Source of the DNA: Camelus dromedarius
Taxonomy: Eukaryota
NCBI RefSeq assembly: GCF_036321535.1
Contig: NC_087437.1
Coordinates: 52,330,001 to 52,394,000 of the forward strand
Length of the DNA stretch: 64,000 nucleotides
Reading direction: 5' to 3'
The stretch's first letter is position 1, and each line of letters opens with the position of its first letter. The position numbers and the translations under genes are program-made. A model generated the notes under the pieces. It did no database searches and was not told the DNA's origin. It saw only the letters and a program-made list of their open reading frames with translations. Positions 1 to 12,847 of this stretch are shown here, one piece after another.

Positions 1-547
1 ATATGAAGATACATCTTCTCTGGACTTGTGTGTATGTCCCCTCCCAATTGAAGAGGTTCACCAGTTTCTTTTTCAGGAGTTTGTAATCTTTTTGCTCCCT
101 CTGGTGTTGGCCTATGGAATTGCAGATTTTCTGGTGCTACAGTTAGCCTCTGTGCTCTGCCCTGTTCTCAGTTCTCAGTGGCATCCAAAGTCTGCCCATT
201 TCCTCAGCACTCCAAGTCAGGTGAGACAGAAACCGGTTCCTCAGGCAGTCACTCAAAAAGCTTATGTTTAACATACATTCTACTCTTCTCTTTCCCACCT
301 GATGGAGAAGCTGTGAGTTAGGCTTTTAATCCTGATCGCACCAAACTTTGCCAGATAGGTTGGAGGGCTTTCATAGGTGAAGTGAAATGGCTTACTTACC
401 CATTTCAATGTGACTGTTCTTGGCTTTAAGCATGCCTGGAGTACTGACTTCTTAATTGGTTCTGGGGGTTGTATAAAGGCTTTTTATACCATATATGGTT
501 GTTAAGTCTGTGTCTCTGGAGGGCCACTAGATCTGGGGCTTCCTATT
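1..547 (-). mobile_element. Old L1M-type 5' region; its extreme 5' end resumes at about 1887-1905 after the nested young L1
   Basis: Rejoining the flanks gives 'gatctggggcttcctattctgccatcttgctgac', the reverse complement of an L1 5' terminus with a YY1 motif (aagatggc). Confidence 0.55.
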
Positions 548-1872
548 TTTTTTTTTAACATTTTTTGTTGATTTATAATAATTTTACAATGTTGTGTCAA
601 ATTCCAGTGTAGAGCACAATTTTTCAGCTATATATGAACATATATATATATACATTGTCACATTTTTTTCTCTGTGAGCTACCATAAGATCTTGTATATA
701 TTTCCCTGTGCTATACAGTATAATCCTGTTTATCTATTCTACATTCTGAAATCCCAGTCTATCCCTTCCCACCCCCCCCACCCCCTTGGCAACCACAAGT
801 TTGTATTCTATGTCTATGAGTCTGTTTCTATTTTGTATTTATGCTTTGTTTGTTTGTTTGTTTTTATATTCCACATATGGGCGATCTCATATGGTATTTT
901 TCTTTCTCTTTCTGGCTTACTTCACTTAGAATGACATTCTCCAGGGACATCCATGTTGCTGCAAATGGCATTATGTTGTCAGTTTTTATGGCTGCATAGT
1001 ATTTCATTGTATAAATATACCACTTTATCCAGTCATCTGTTGATGAACATTTAGGCTGTTTCCATGTCTATTGTAAATAGTGCTGCTATGAACATTGGGG
1101 TGCAGGTGTCATTTTGAAGTAGTGTTCCTTCTGGATATATGCCCAGAAGCAGGATTCCTGGGTCATATGGTAAGTCTATTCCTAGTCTTTTGAGGAATCT
1201 CCGTACTGTTTTCCACAGTGGCTGCACCAAACTGCATTCCCACCAGCAGTGTAGGAGGGTTCCATTTTCTCCACAGCCTCTCCAGCATTTGTCATTTGTG
1301 GACTTTTGAATGATGGCCATTGACTAGTGTGAGGTGATACCTCATTGTAGTTTTGATTTGCATTTCTCTAATAATTAGTGATATTGAGCATTTTTTCATG
1401 TGCCTATTGATCATTTGTATTTCTTCCTTGGAGAATTGCTTGTTGAGGTCTCTGCCCGTTTTTGGATTGGGTTGTTTGTTTCTTTCTTGTTAAGTCATAT
1501 GAGCTGCTTATATATTCTGGATATCAAGCCTTTGTCAGTTTCATTTGCAAAAATTTTCTCCCATTCTGTAGGTTGTCTTTTTGTTTTACTTACAGTTTCC
1601 TTTGCTGTGCAGAAGCTTGTAAGTTTAATTAGGCCCCATTTGTTTATTCTTCCTTTTATTTCTATTGCTTGTGTAGACTGCCCTAGGAGAACATTTTTGA
1701 GATGTATGTCAGATAATGTTTTGCCTATATTTTCTTCTAGGAGGTTTATTGTATCTTGTCTTATGTTTAAATCTTTGATCCATTTTGAGTTTATTCTTGT
1801 GTATGGTGTAAGGGAGTGTTCTAGCTTCACTGCTTTACATACTGCTGTCCAGTTTTCCCAACACCATTTGCT
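548..1872 (-). mobile_element. 5'-truncated young LINE-1 (ORF2 C-terminus, 3'UTR, poly-A)
   Basis: Minus-strand ORF2 peptides (1495-1830; 1051-1320 with CWRGC..HCWWEC knuckle), poly-T at the left end, TSD TGGGGCTTC(C/T)TATT at 534-547 and 1873-1886, high similarity to 30032-31360. Confidence 0.95.
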
Positions 1873-1929
1873 TGGGGCTTCTTATTCTGCCATCTTGCTG
1901 ACTCTCTGTGGAGGAATGATATCTCCACA

Positions 1930-2106
1930 CTTTTTCTTATAAGGACTCCAGTCATGTTGGATTAGAGATCACCCTATTCGAGTATGACCTCATCTTGATT
2001 TGATTACATCTGAAAAGAATCTATTTCTAAATAAAGTCACATTCACAGATACCAAGGGTTAGGACCTCAACTTATCTTTTAGAGAGACACAGTTGCACCT
2101 ACAACA
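1930..2106 (-). mobile_element. MaLR (MLT1-type) LTR fragment
   Basis: Motifs 'tatgacctcatcttga' and 'ctatttctaaataaagtcacattcacag', terminal 'acaaca'. Confidence 0.75.
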
Positions 2107-2109
2107 TCC

Positions 2110-3290
2110 TGCAGTGGTGCTCATGGAAGATTGGGGACAGACAGTAGATTGGATAAAGCCATCCTTTAGGACACACAGTTATAAAATACTGCACACTTCA
2201 CTAACCATTCTCTCATATGAAGCAAAAATTTTAAGTCACTGGGGGAGGGACAGGGAACCCTTCCATTTTTCAGAGGCAAAGATTCACTGCTTCTGAGAGT
2301 AGGGTAGAAGTAGAAGATTTCTTCCCTGAGGAGGTACAGGAAACTCTCCACTGGTGGCTGCTGCTATCTTGTGTTTAGTGTGGGATCTGGGTGTTGGAGG
2401 GTTCCCCTACAGATACGAGGTAGAGTTTCACTGCCACAGGATTGAGGTGACGGTGCAGAAGGCCCCTTACCCAAGGTCTTAGGGCTTGCCTAAGACTGAG
2501 GCTGGATCAAGAGAATGAAGATGCTTAACACTAAGGAATAAACAACAACAGCCCACCATTTAGGGAGGGGCAGGGATGCAGAGAAAGAACCCCCTCTATG
2601 GCACAGGCATGCAGTGACTACCGAAAGCTGAGAGTGGAGCAGGAACACTGAGTAAAACCCCTTGAATACCCTAGACTCCACACTAAGCACAAGGTAGCAG
2701 CTGCCCACTCAGGGAGGAAGGAGCACGGAAGGTAGTCATAGCAACAGTATAACTACAAACCCAGCTTAGCTACTGACTAGATTGTTTTTCTTTGGAATTT
2801 CAGTTTGCCAGGTTGCAGGACAGAAGAACAAGCAAGCTGCTTTCCAAGAATAACTATTCATTTCTTCATTTGTATGATTATTCTACAGACCATGTCTGGC
2901 ATTCAATTCAAAATTATAAAATACGTGAAAAAAACCATTTTCAAGGGATAATCAACAGATCCAGACCTAGAGATGACTCATGTTGAAGCTATCTATCAGA
3001 CTGGGACTTCAATTATGATTAATATGTTAAAGAATCTAGTGGAAAGGTGAGTTATATGCATGAACAAATGAGGACTTTTAGAGAAATGTAAACTATAGAA
3101 AGTCAAATGGGCATACTAAAATAATATGTCTAAGATGAAGAACTCCTTTGACAGGCTTATCAAGAGACTGGGCAGAGCTGAGGAAGGAATAAGTGAACTT
3201 GAAGGTTGGTCAATAGAAATTATTCAAACTAAAGCATGAAAGGAAAAAAAGTGTTGTGAAAGGGAAAAAAATTAACGAAAATAATATGGC
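2110..3290 (+). mobile_element. Old L1M 5'UTR/ORF1 remnant
   Basis: 'gagactgggcagagctgaggaaggaataagtgaacttgaagg...tcaatagaaattattcaaact' resembles degenerate ORF1 coiled-coil sequence (RL..AEE.ISELE). Confidence 0.65.
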
Positions 3291-4195
3291 ATAACTTCTC
3301 CAGCGCCTAGTTATTCCTGTTGATAGACAGAGGCAGTCAGCACCTGCCACTGTGCCATCATTGCTGTTTCTCATTCATTTCTGTGTTCCTTAATGCTTTT
3401 CTGTTCTTGCTGCTTTCTGCTTATGACTTTCATGGTAGTGAGTGATGGCTATACTCCACCTTCCAGAAGAAAGCCAGGCTGTCCTGGTAAAGCTTAAGGA
3501 CTTCCTAGGAGTTGAGTCAGAAGGCACTTTGAATTGACCTGTTTTGTGTCTCAAAATTTGTCTCTGAAGAGCTCAAACCAGTAGAACCTTGATCTGACTA
3601 GTACTTTGGGATTTACTCCTATTTTAGAATGAGTGTCCAAGGGATGTTACTACTTCAAGTAGTAGCACCCTTTGTTTCCTTCCTTATTTGAGAAAATTAG
3701 TCTTTCAATCCCATGTGTCTGCTCTCAGCCCCAGAGACATCTTTACTTATTTTCTTGGTAGCCCAGGGAGGTCTTCAAGCCCATTAAGATTCTCTTTATT
3801 ATCTGGACTCTCCTTTCCTTCTTATTCAGCTATTTTGAAAGAATTTCTGTACTTTTTGGTTGAAACTGAGAGTATGAGAAAGAGGGGAAGCGTGGAGAAG
3901 AGAGAGATTCAGATACTTTTTTTTTAAATGTGGTGTTCTTCATATATTTGCTGAATTAATCTGTTAAAATGTTCATTGCATTGCTGTTTTAAAAGGAAAA
4001 AAAAGTGAATAGCCTAAAGTTCTAATAGGGGAAAATGAGTGAATAAATTTTGCTGGACTGTTCATTCATTGTAATAAAATTCATCAGTGCAGTGTAGGGC
4101 TTCTTGTATCAATGTAGATCAATCTCAAGATACAATGTTGAACAAAATAAGTTTCAAAAGTATCTTATACATTTTCATAAAAATGAAAAATAGTA

Positions 4196-5236
4196 CAGCT
4201 GACCTTTGAACAACATGGGGGCTAGGGACATCAACCCCCACACAGTCAAAAATCCACATAAAACTTTTGACTTCCCCAGAACTTAAGTACCAATAGCCTA
4301 CTCTTGACTGAAAACCCTACCAATAGCCAAAACAGTCAATTAACACATATTGTGTATGTTATATGGATTATATACTGTATTCTTATAATAAGGTAAGCTA
4401 AAGAAAAATGTTATTAAGAAAATCGTAAGAGAAAATATAGTTATAGTACTATACTGGATTTATCAGTTACTGTATGTTTATGTCATCTGTTTATAAGGTG
4501 AATCTGTCAGTACCCACATCAGTATTGTCTTATATGATACAAAACATGGTAGATGTTATCCATTGTACTAACACTGGATATCAAAAATGAAAAGATAATG
4601 TGAAAAAAATTCTTATTTATTTACAGGTAGAACAACTCATGTATTGATGATGAAGAAGCAGCTGTTCGAGTGCTTTATTACCATAAAGCCTAGTATTATC
4701 AGTACAGTTGCTTCATGGTAGCCTAGCCTATTCACTAATGAGTGAATCATTATAAAATTTTTTGGCATAGAATATTAGTTATATTCATAATACAGTATTA
4801 GAAGCATTTTTTTTTTTTTAAAAACCACTTACCTGTGATGACAGGCTCTTTCTCCATTTATGAGAGAAGCATACCTCATGGTAATATAATTCTTTGAAAG
4901 CAAAGTTATAAAACAATAAGAAAATGAACATATTATTTGTATATTAAATATCACTCACTTTATGCCTATTTTAGGATAGACTAGTATCTACATATATTTT
5001 TATGCATTCATGAGAGCACTGAATCCTAACCACTAGACCACCAGGGAGCATCTATGCATTCGTGACATACCTAACTTTTTCTTAAATTTTTTGGTATTTC
5101 TAGGCCTCATGGTTCCTCTGTGAGTTTTCTCAAATTGTCACAAATCTCCAAAATTTTTTCCAGTGTATTTATTGAAAAATATCTACATGTGAGTGGACCC
5201 ATGCAATTCAAACCTGTGTTGTTCAAGGATCCACTG
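4196..5236. mobile_element. Tigger2-family non-autonomous DNA transposon (about 1 kb)
   Basis: TIRs 'cagctgacctttgaacaacatggg' and 'cctgtgttgttcaaggatccactg'; TA on both sides (4194-95, 5237-38). Confidence 0.85.
5011..5047 (-). pseudogene. Tailless retrocopy of the 5' half of tRNA-Glu(CTC)
   Basis: Reverse complement TCCCTGGTGGTCTAGTGGTTAGGATTCAGTGCTCTCA matches tRNA-Glu-CTC nt 1-37 at 35/37, both changes at CpGs; TSD TATGCATTC(A/G)TGA at 5001-5013 and 5053-5065. Confidence 0.85.
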
Positions 5237-5988
5237 TACTTTTGGGGGCATGATAAACACTATATTCAGAATAGTGAATAAAGTATTAGAGAGAGTATGT
5301 GAACTTGGAAGGGTACAGAGGGTGTTTAAAACTTTTTGTATTTTGGAAAATATCTTGATAGCATTATGAAAAACATGAGAGAGTGGTGGGAAAAGAGTGA
5401 ATTATTGTAAAGTTACTTGTGGATTAAAATTCGAAAACTCTTTGGACTCATAGGCAGCTCCAGAGACAACTGACTACATTCTCTACTTGTCTGTCACTGC
5501 CTGTGGATCTCACCAAGAAGGAATGATCTTCCTGAGCCTGTTAATCCCTGTAGGATAGGGAGTGCTGCTATGATAAGGCCCCTGTTTGGGGCTTGGGTCC
5601 CTGGGCTAGGGCAGCAGGATCTGTTCACACAAAATAATGTTTCTCAGAAGGGTGCAGTGGAGTGCAGCAGTACCTAAGAGATCAAGACACAGGCCTTAAC
5701 CTACTGCAGTTTGCCCCTCCTCAGCTTCCTGTGTATCTCTGTCACTGTATTAGCATGTGGCATTGTAATTATTACATTTCTGCCTGTCTCACTAGACTAG
5801 TTCTTCAGGCACTCATTCTAAACACATAGTAGGTGCTTCGTAAATGTTTGTGGAATGAATGCAAATAAGTGCCTCCCTTCCAAGAGATGTAATGCAATTA
5901 GTAAAAATATGTAGTCATACCTGGATATATGAAATGTATGACCAAATGGAATCTGTTTCATAACTGATGTATATATTACACATTAATA

Positions 5989-6212
5989 CAATGGTTCTCA
6001 AACTTTAACACGCATCAGAATCATCCTGGAGGAGTAATTTAACAAAAAGCAGAGTGTGTTTGTGTGTGTATGTGTGTGTGTGTGTGAACAAAAACACAGA
6101 TTGCCAGGCCCTACCCTAGAGTTTCTAATGGGACCTGAGCATTTACATTTCTAACAAGTTCCCAAGTAATGCTGATGCTGTTGGTCCAGAGACCATAAGT
6201 TGAGAATCACTG
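5989..6212. mobile_element. MER5A-type hAT-Charlie MITE with internal (TG)n
   Basis: TIRs 'caatggttctcaaact' and 'agttgagaatcactg'; internal 'catttctaacaagttccca..tgctgatgctg'. Confidence 0.8.
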
Positions 6213-7208
6213 CATTAGAAAAATCTCAGAAAAAGAATATGGAGATATACTATGAAAACAGCAAAATCACGCATCCCTTTCCTCCAAGTGTCACTCCTTT
6301 GGAAATGCCTCGGAAAGAAATCCAAAAGAAAAAGAAAAAAAAATAAGCAAATTATTTAGTCATAACAAAACAAATTTTGCTATCGTGCCTTATTGCACAT
6401 GGAATATTAACTACCTCTACTTCTAGGTTCTACTCTATAAAGTGGGGATAACAGCATATTTTTAAACTGGAAGTATCTCATGAGGTTGTTGTGAGGATTG
6501 TATAAATTAAGTGTTCGGAACAATGTCTGGCTCCATACATATGAGCTTTTCTTATATTTTTGGTTATGAGATTTCAAAACTAACCATAGAAAAGAGAAAG
6601 AGAGAGGTCTGAGCAGAAGATATCAGTGTGGAATTCATCAGGATATAAAAAGTCAATAAGAGAAAACCCTGAATAAAAAAGGCATGGGATATATTTTTTC
6701 CTTACTTGTGAATATGAAATTGTATCTTAGAAGCCAGAATACTTCTTGTTTTTGCATTTAAGAGTTTACTGTTTGATAGCATCACATAAAAATCTTTGCA
6801 CTGAGTGGCTTTTATTTTCCAAAATGGAAATAATTTTATAGGGGTTGGAAGTTATAAATATATTTAAGTCAAAATATATAAAAAAGTACAAAAGATGTTT
6901 TTGAACTCTCTTCCCTTCCCCAAGATGCCAATATCCTTTAAGACATCTCTCTATATGCCATAGGTTTTAAAGAAAGCATTTTGCGAAGTAAAGCATAGGA
7001 AATAATTGTGAATTGGTTATGCTAAATATCTTAATATGTCCAAATAATACTATCAAAATTCTTTTTTTTTTCTTTTTGTTAACAGTTGGGAGGTGGAGAT
7101 AGAAGAGAGAAGTCTTTGAGAGAAGGCAATCTGATTATCTAAGTTTTCCTTCCTCCTTGCCCCCAGTAATTACATTTTATTCCAGCTTTATTTGAAAAAT
7201 CAGGGTTA

Positions 7209-7375
7209 TGGGGAGGGTATAGCTCAATGGTAGGGCGCATGCTTAGCATGCATGAAGTACTGGGTTCAATCCCCAGTACCTCCATTAAAAAAATAAAATG
7301 AAATAAATGAACCTAATGACTCCCCCCTCAAAACCAAACCAAACCAAACCAAACAAACAAAAAGAAAGTACAGGG
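7209..7375 (+). mobile_element. tRNA-derived SINE (camelid vic-1-like)
   Basis: Head 'ggggagggtatagctcaatggtag...ctgggttcaatccccagtacctcc' with A/B boxes, A-rich tail, TSD GAAAAATCAGGGTT at 7194-7207 and 7376-7389. Confidence 0.9.
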
Positions 7376-8549
7376 GAAAAATCAGGGTTGCAATTTTATG
7401 TGGAATTATTATCCCTGTGCCTTCCTAAATTGAAGGGAGTAGGGACAGGAAACATTGTGAGCTGTAATTATTGTGATGTCATGGTAATGGTTTAAAATTT
7501 TTATTTAAAGAATATTTTATATTCTTTATATAATATTGAAAAGATTCCAGCCACTATTATAAAACAGTATGGAGAGTCTAGGAAAAATATTAGAGAGCAG
7601 TGTTCCCTTTGCTGCACTTCCCCTGATTCTCTTTCCTCATTCAGTCTTGTGTACCAGTTCATCTCAACTTCTGAAACACTAATATATTCTATCGAAACTC
7701 AGATTATGAAATGTTTAACTTTTTTTTCTGTCCTGTGAACAGCTTTTGAGAGCAAGCTAGATAACTGAGCTAAAATTCCAGAGCAAACTTATTGTACTTT
7801 CACCTTCTGAAAACGGAGGGAGAGAATTGCCAAGGGTGAAACTGGAGTTATGGCCTAGGTGGGGAAATACTGTGTTTCTGTTCTAAATCATCCCGAATGT
7901 TACTTATGACTCTGTACTAGTTTTCAGTGGTTTAGGGTTAGTTTCTGGACTGCCTTACAAAGGAAAGGGCAGGTTTGCTATAAGCCCTTTCACAGTAAAT
8001 CGGGAATAACTTCCTCTGGGTGAAAGTAGGTATTTTAGAAAATCTGAAATAAAGCAGATAAGGTAAATGCTTTCATTATTATGTAGATTTTTAGGTAGTT
8101 ATTCTAATGTAACAGGAATTAAATATGGACTCAGATTGTGACTTCAGCATGATATATTCAGTGTTTGACATACTTAAAAATTGGTCTGTCTTTGATAGCT
8201 GGAAGCTGTATCAAGGCTGAATTTCTTGAACCGGGTAAATACTTCTGTGTATAATTGACCCTATAAATATATACTGTCAAATATAATTAAATGTGATCTT
8301 AAATGTCCTAAGGGAAAAAAAACTTTCATTTTATGTAAAGTTTATTGATTCAGCTGTGCTATAACATCCGCGTTCAAGGTGCAGAGACAGATACTACTTG
8401 GCATGCCATTCTAATGTATCATGTGACAGTAGTTTCTGTTTGAAACTCCAGAGCTGACAGGGGAATTCCAGCAGGGTCACTCACCTATTCAAACTTTAAA
8501 GGAAGAAAAGGAAAAAAAATTGCCTTTGTGTAGACATTAACCTATCTAG

Positions 8550-8700
8550 TGTTTTTTTGTTTTGTTTTGTTTTTTTGGTCAGGGGAGGAGGTAATTAGGT
8601 TTATTTATTTATTTATTTTTAGAGAAAGTACTGTGGGATTGAACCCAGGACCTTGTGCATGCTAGGCATGCACTCTGCCACTTGAACTATACCCTCCCTC
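8550..8700 (-). mobile_element. tRNA-derived SINE (vic-1-like)
   Basis: 'gggattgaacccaggaccttgtgcatgctaggcatgcactctgccacttgaactataccctccc' preceded by a T-rich tail. Confidence 0.88.
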
Positions 8701-9324
8701 TGCATCTGGTTTTAAGTGGCTCTTTTTTTTTTTTAATGTTAAAGGAAAAATGCATACTGGGTTTCTTTTATATTTCATATCAAAAATAATAAATTTAATT
8801 AATTTGGAAATTAAGTTTATATCTCTGTGGTGTATTATAGCTCTTCTGGATTGGCAAAATATTCAGTGCTTAGAAAAACGGCTTTGCACTCTCCAGCCCT
8901 TACAACACAGACAGAGTAGAGGCAGGAATTCTGAAACTCTTTTCATTGTGTTTCCCTTGGTAGTTATATCAGTGGAATCAGATCTAGTTCTTGTTCTTGA
9001 AGCTTTATAAACCTGCCCTTAAATGACATCGACAAACAGACAGGCATTTGACTAAGCAAACATGGCTGGATATACATGATGAATCAAAGTATTGTCATTC
9101 TGTAAATGTCTTTTGTGTGGTCTAAATACACAATGAAATGTTGACTGTTTAGAAAATAGCTAGAAGAGTTATTCATCCATAGGCTGGCAGTTTATTTAGT
9201 CCTGATTCTTTAAATCTGTGTTTTATTTAATGTTAACATACGTGGTGCCTCATAAAATAATAGCATATTGAATTTACTTTTAACTTTAATTATTGAGTAG
9301 CTTAAAAATCTTTCCCTGTTGCAG

Positions 9325-9473
9325 GTGTGTATGAGTTTGTACAGCCTTTGTGAAAGGTTCAGTGTCTGCCCTGCAGCATTCTGTACAGCTTGGTGCTTTC
9401 TGTCCCTTCTGTTCCATGTACCTCACACTGTTGCAGAGATCACAGATGCATTTGCTGTCTACCTTTGGACAAA
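9325..9473 (+). other. Candidate internal exon (149 nt), possibly an upstream 5' exon of the MAP3K13 transcription unit
   Basis: Acceptor 'tctttccctgttgcag|G', donor 'AAA|gtaagg'; unique sequence, more GC-balanced than its AT-rich flanks. Gene assignment is inference from position and strand. Confidence 0.55.
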
Positions 9474-9999
9474 GTAAGGCTTTTATAAAAGATATTTATT
9501 AAACACTGAATAGATGTAAAATATGCATAAAATAAAGGATAAATAATGTATGGTTACATAAATAGAAATAACAAAGTGGCAAATGTTGTAAATCCAAAAT
9601 TTTGTTCATTATTTTTCTTCTTTGAATGTGAAATGTTTATTGTAATTTGCCATGCGAGGCCATAGCTCATAAAGTTATTTTTTAAAATATAGTTATCTTA
9701 AGTTTTAATTAAAAGCCCACATTTAAGCAGAGCTGACCATTATATCAGTGCTTCTCAAATTTCTACCCAAGTACCCCTTTATGGAACTGGAGAGTGAATT
9801 TGTAGCCCTTGAGGTAAGAAGGTAGCGCCCTATGCTTGAAATCTTAGGATTTGCTTGAAATCATGCAAATTTTGTATTTTTCTCTCTCTTTCAGTATATT
9901 TTCCTCCAAATAAAGCTGATGCTACATAAAAATCCATATACCCAGTTTGAGAGCATGATAATAAATGGAATACCATTTCCCAAATGCCTTTGACTCAGA

Positions 10000-10800
10000 A
10001 GTGCTTTCTTGTAAGAAAATTTTGATTTCTGTAATCTGGGTTCCATTTAGGCTTGATTGAAAGTGAAAAAGGTCTCTTGAATGACATCCTTTGCCATCAG
10101 TCATCTCTCTTTTTAACCAGCTGTCTTGTGGTCTTTTACATACCCTCATTTCTTGGACAGTGCATTTGATGAAACTCTACTTCTTTGATCTTTTATCTTG
10201 GTTTCCAGGAAATGACCCTACCCTGCTTTTTTTTTTTTCCAAAACTAATTCCTTCTCTTCTTTGCTGCTCCTCTCTTCCCCCTAATTGTGTTTCTGGTCC
10301 ACAGCTCAGTTCTGGCCTCTCCTTCCTCACTCTGTATCGTCTTTCTCAGCCATCTCAGTTCTGTCCTGTCACCTGAACTCTCATCCTGTAATATCCAGAT
10401 GCCTTTGGACAATTGAACTAAAATGTTTTAGGGTCACTCTCACAACCCCAGTGCTTTGCAAAGTGCCTAGCATAGTAGGTACCAACAAATATTGTTTGAG
10501 TGAATGAATTGAATCTCATTCCCCTTCAAACCAGCTTCCTTCTCTATTTTCATCCTTTGTCACTGGTATCACTATTCTTTTCTCTCTCCACTATTGCAAA
10601 TATTTTGTTGATTTTTTTTCCATTTGAAATGTGTCTTCTGTCTGTGTTAGTTCTTTCCATTGTATTTTCATGACTTTTACCCTAATGCAGGCTTTCATCA
10701 CCTCATGCCAGGATTACTGCCACAGTTTTCCACCTGGCCTCTTTGGTTCTAATCTCTCCTCTCTCCAAGCCGTTTCCATCATAGCTGCCCTACTAACTTC
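10000..10800. mobile_element. L2 LINE fragments
   Basis: 'gtgcctagcatagtaggtaccaacaaatattgtttgagtgaatgaat' (L2 3' end) and 'catcacctcatgccaggattactgc'. Confidence 0.6.
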
Positions 10801-12299
10801 TTAAATGTTTATTTCTTATTTTAATAAACTTTTAATTTGGGGAATAATTTTAGATTTAGAGAAAAATTGAAAAAATAGTACCTTCACCCAGTTTCTCCTG
10901 ATGTTAACATCTTATATAACCACGGATTATTTGTCAAAATTAAGAAATTATAAAGGTACATGAAAATTAACTAAAATCCAGATTGGTTTTTACCAGATTT
11001 TTCATTACTATACTTTTTCTATTCCAGGATGCCATATGGCCATTTAGTATATCTATTTATTTTTAAAAAGGTAATACTAACTTTGGAAGATCAAAAAGGA
11101 GAAAAGAATATATAAGTCTCCTTCCCACCTCTGAGCCACAGCTCTCCAGTCCCTTCCCTAGAGACATCCCACTGTTTCTGGATTCTTGACTGTTCTTCCA
11201 GAGAGACTCTGCCTTTACACAGACACACACAGCTCTGTATTTTACCTTTTTTCACTTAATATGCCTCAATCACTCTTTACCAGTAACACAAATTTGCCCT
11301 TTTTTTTTAAATTCCAATATTCCATTGGATATTTGCAATGTAATTTAATTTACCAGTTCCCTGCTGTTTGACATGTTTTGCAAACAATGTTGCAGTGAAT
11401 ATTCATGGATATATATCTTTTTATATATGTATGTTTTTAGTTACTGCTGAGTGTAAGGGTATATGTATTCATAATTTGATTGCCAGTTTGCTTTTTAGAG
11501 GTTCTACGAATTCATCTTCCATTATTTTCCCATAACCTCACCAACATTGTGTCTTATGCAACTTTTTGAACTTCGCCAACCTGATAGGTTGAAATGATGT
11601 CATTGTACTTTTAATTTGCATTTCTCTTATAATGAGTGAGGTGGAGTGCCTTTTTATATATTTGACCCATTTATATTTCTTCTTCTATGAGCTGTGCATA
11701 TAACTTTGCCCATTTTTCAATTAGGTTGTTAATGTCCTTGTTCTTTTCCTTCTTTAAAATCTTGCAATTTTACCTGTTTTCTCATTTATTAAGTTAAAGA
11801 CTTAGTCTTCTTTTCAAGACTCTACATCGTATGTTTCAACCCTAATGTCACACTACTTTCCAACAACCACTCCTGCTTGGTAAGTGTGGTTTTTATACTC
11901 TCCCAGGGGCACGCAGTGCTCATTCCTCCCACCGTGCATTCTTTCACAGTATTCCCCCACTTCTCCCTCCACTGTATCTCCTCTTTTAAGACAGAGATTC
12001 TTGTCACTTCCTACAATTGGGAAGACTTCCTTTTGATTTCAAGTAGACTTCTAGGAAGATTAACTGATAGTTTGTAAACTCTTAAAAAAGATGATAGTCA
12101 CTAAGAGGGCATTGAATTACAAACAGAACAAAACAAAACAAAAAACTGCTCATATCAAACTAACCACATCTCCATTTCCAGTAGAATTCTGGTGGATTAG
12201 TATGCTGTAGACATATCTTCATTTATTAAGTCGTTTTATTCTCTTGATACATTTGACAAGTTTAAAAAAAAAGTAAGCTACACGAGAGTAGGTGTTTTT

Positions 12300-12845
12300 G
12301 CAGATGATGAAACTTGTATACCCAAAGAGTATTGATTCATGGACCAATGTCAAACTGAAGGTCTCTAATAACAGAACTCTATTCTCTGTTTCAGCACTCT
12401 ATTCTTGATCTTGACTGCTCAGTATCTATTTACTAATAGCTTGGTGAATACATAGGAATTAAGTCAATGAAGTTAGGCTTAAAAAGATACTTCCAATGAA
12501 AGAGGACAGAGGCATGATTTCAAAACTATCTTAATGTTAGAAGGATGAGCTAAAACCAACAAAGTGAAATTTAAAAGGATTGAATATATAGCTCGACATT
12601 TAATTTCCAAAATTAGTTGAAAAAATGAACGAGGCACCTGATATGATGTAGTTTGTGTGACACTAACTTAACAGCATAATGCAGTAAAAATCTGAAACAA
12701 TCTTGAGTTGCGTTTATAAAATTATAGCATCTGAATTAAGGAACTTGATAGTTCCATGATTTTTTTTTTCTCCTCAGACCTCATTTGGAGTATTCTGTCA
12801 CTTCTGAGCATTATGTTTTCAAAAGGACATTTTGAAATTAAAGTA
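12300..12845 (+). mobile_element. CR1/L3 LINE relic, resuming at about 13273-13310 after the MLT1 insertion
   Basis: 'gagctaaaaccaacaaagtgaaatttaa', 'cagacctcatttggagtattctgtcacttctgag', 'cagaggaccaccaggatggtgaagggg'. Confidence 0.55.
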
Positions 12846-12847
12846 CC

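Noticed and set aside
7209..7285. tRNA-Ala-like sequences here and at 8630, 17240, 29040, 29311 and 43435 as real tRNA genes
   Set aside because: They have SINE tails, mostly with TSDs, and diverge from one another; they are SINE heads.
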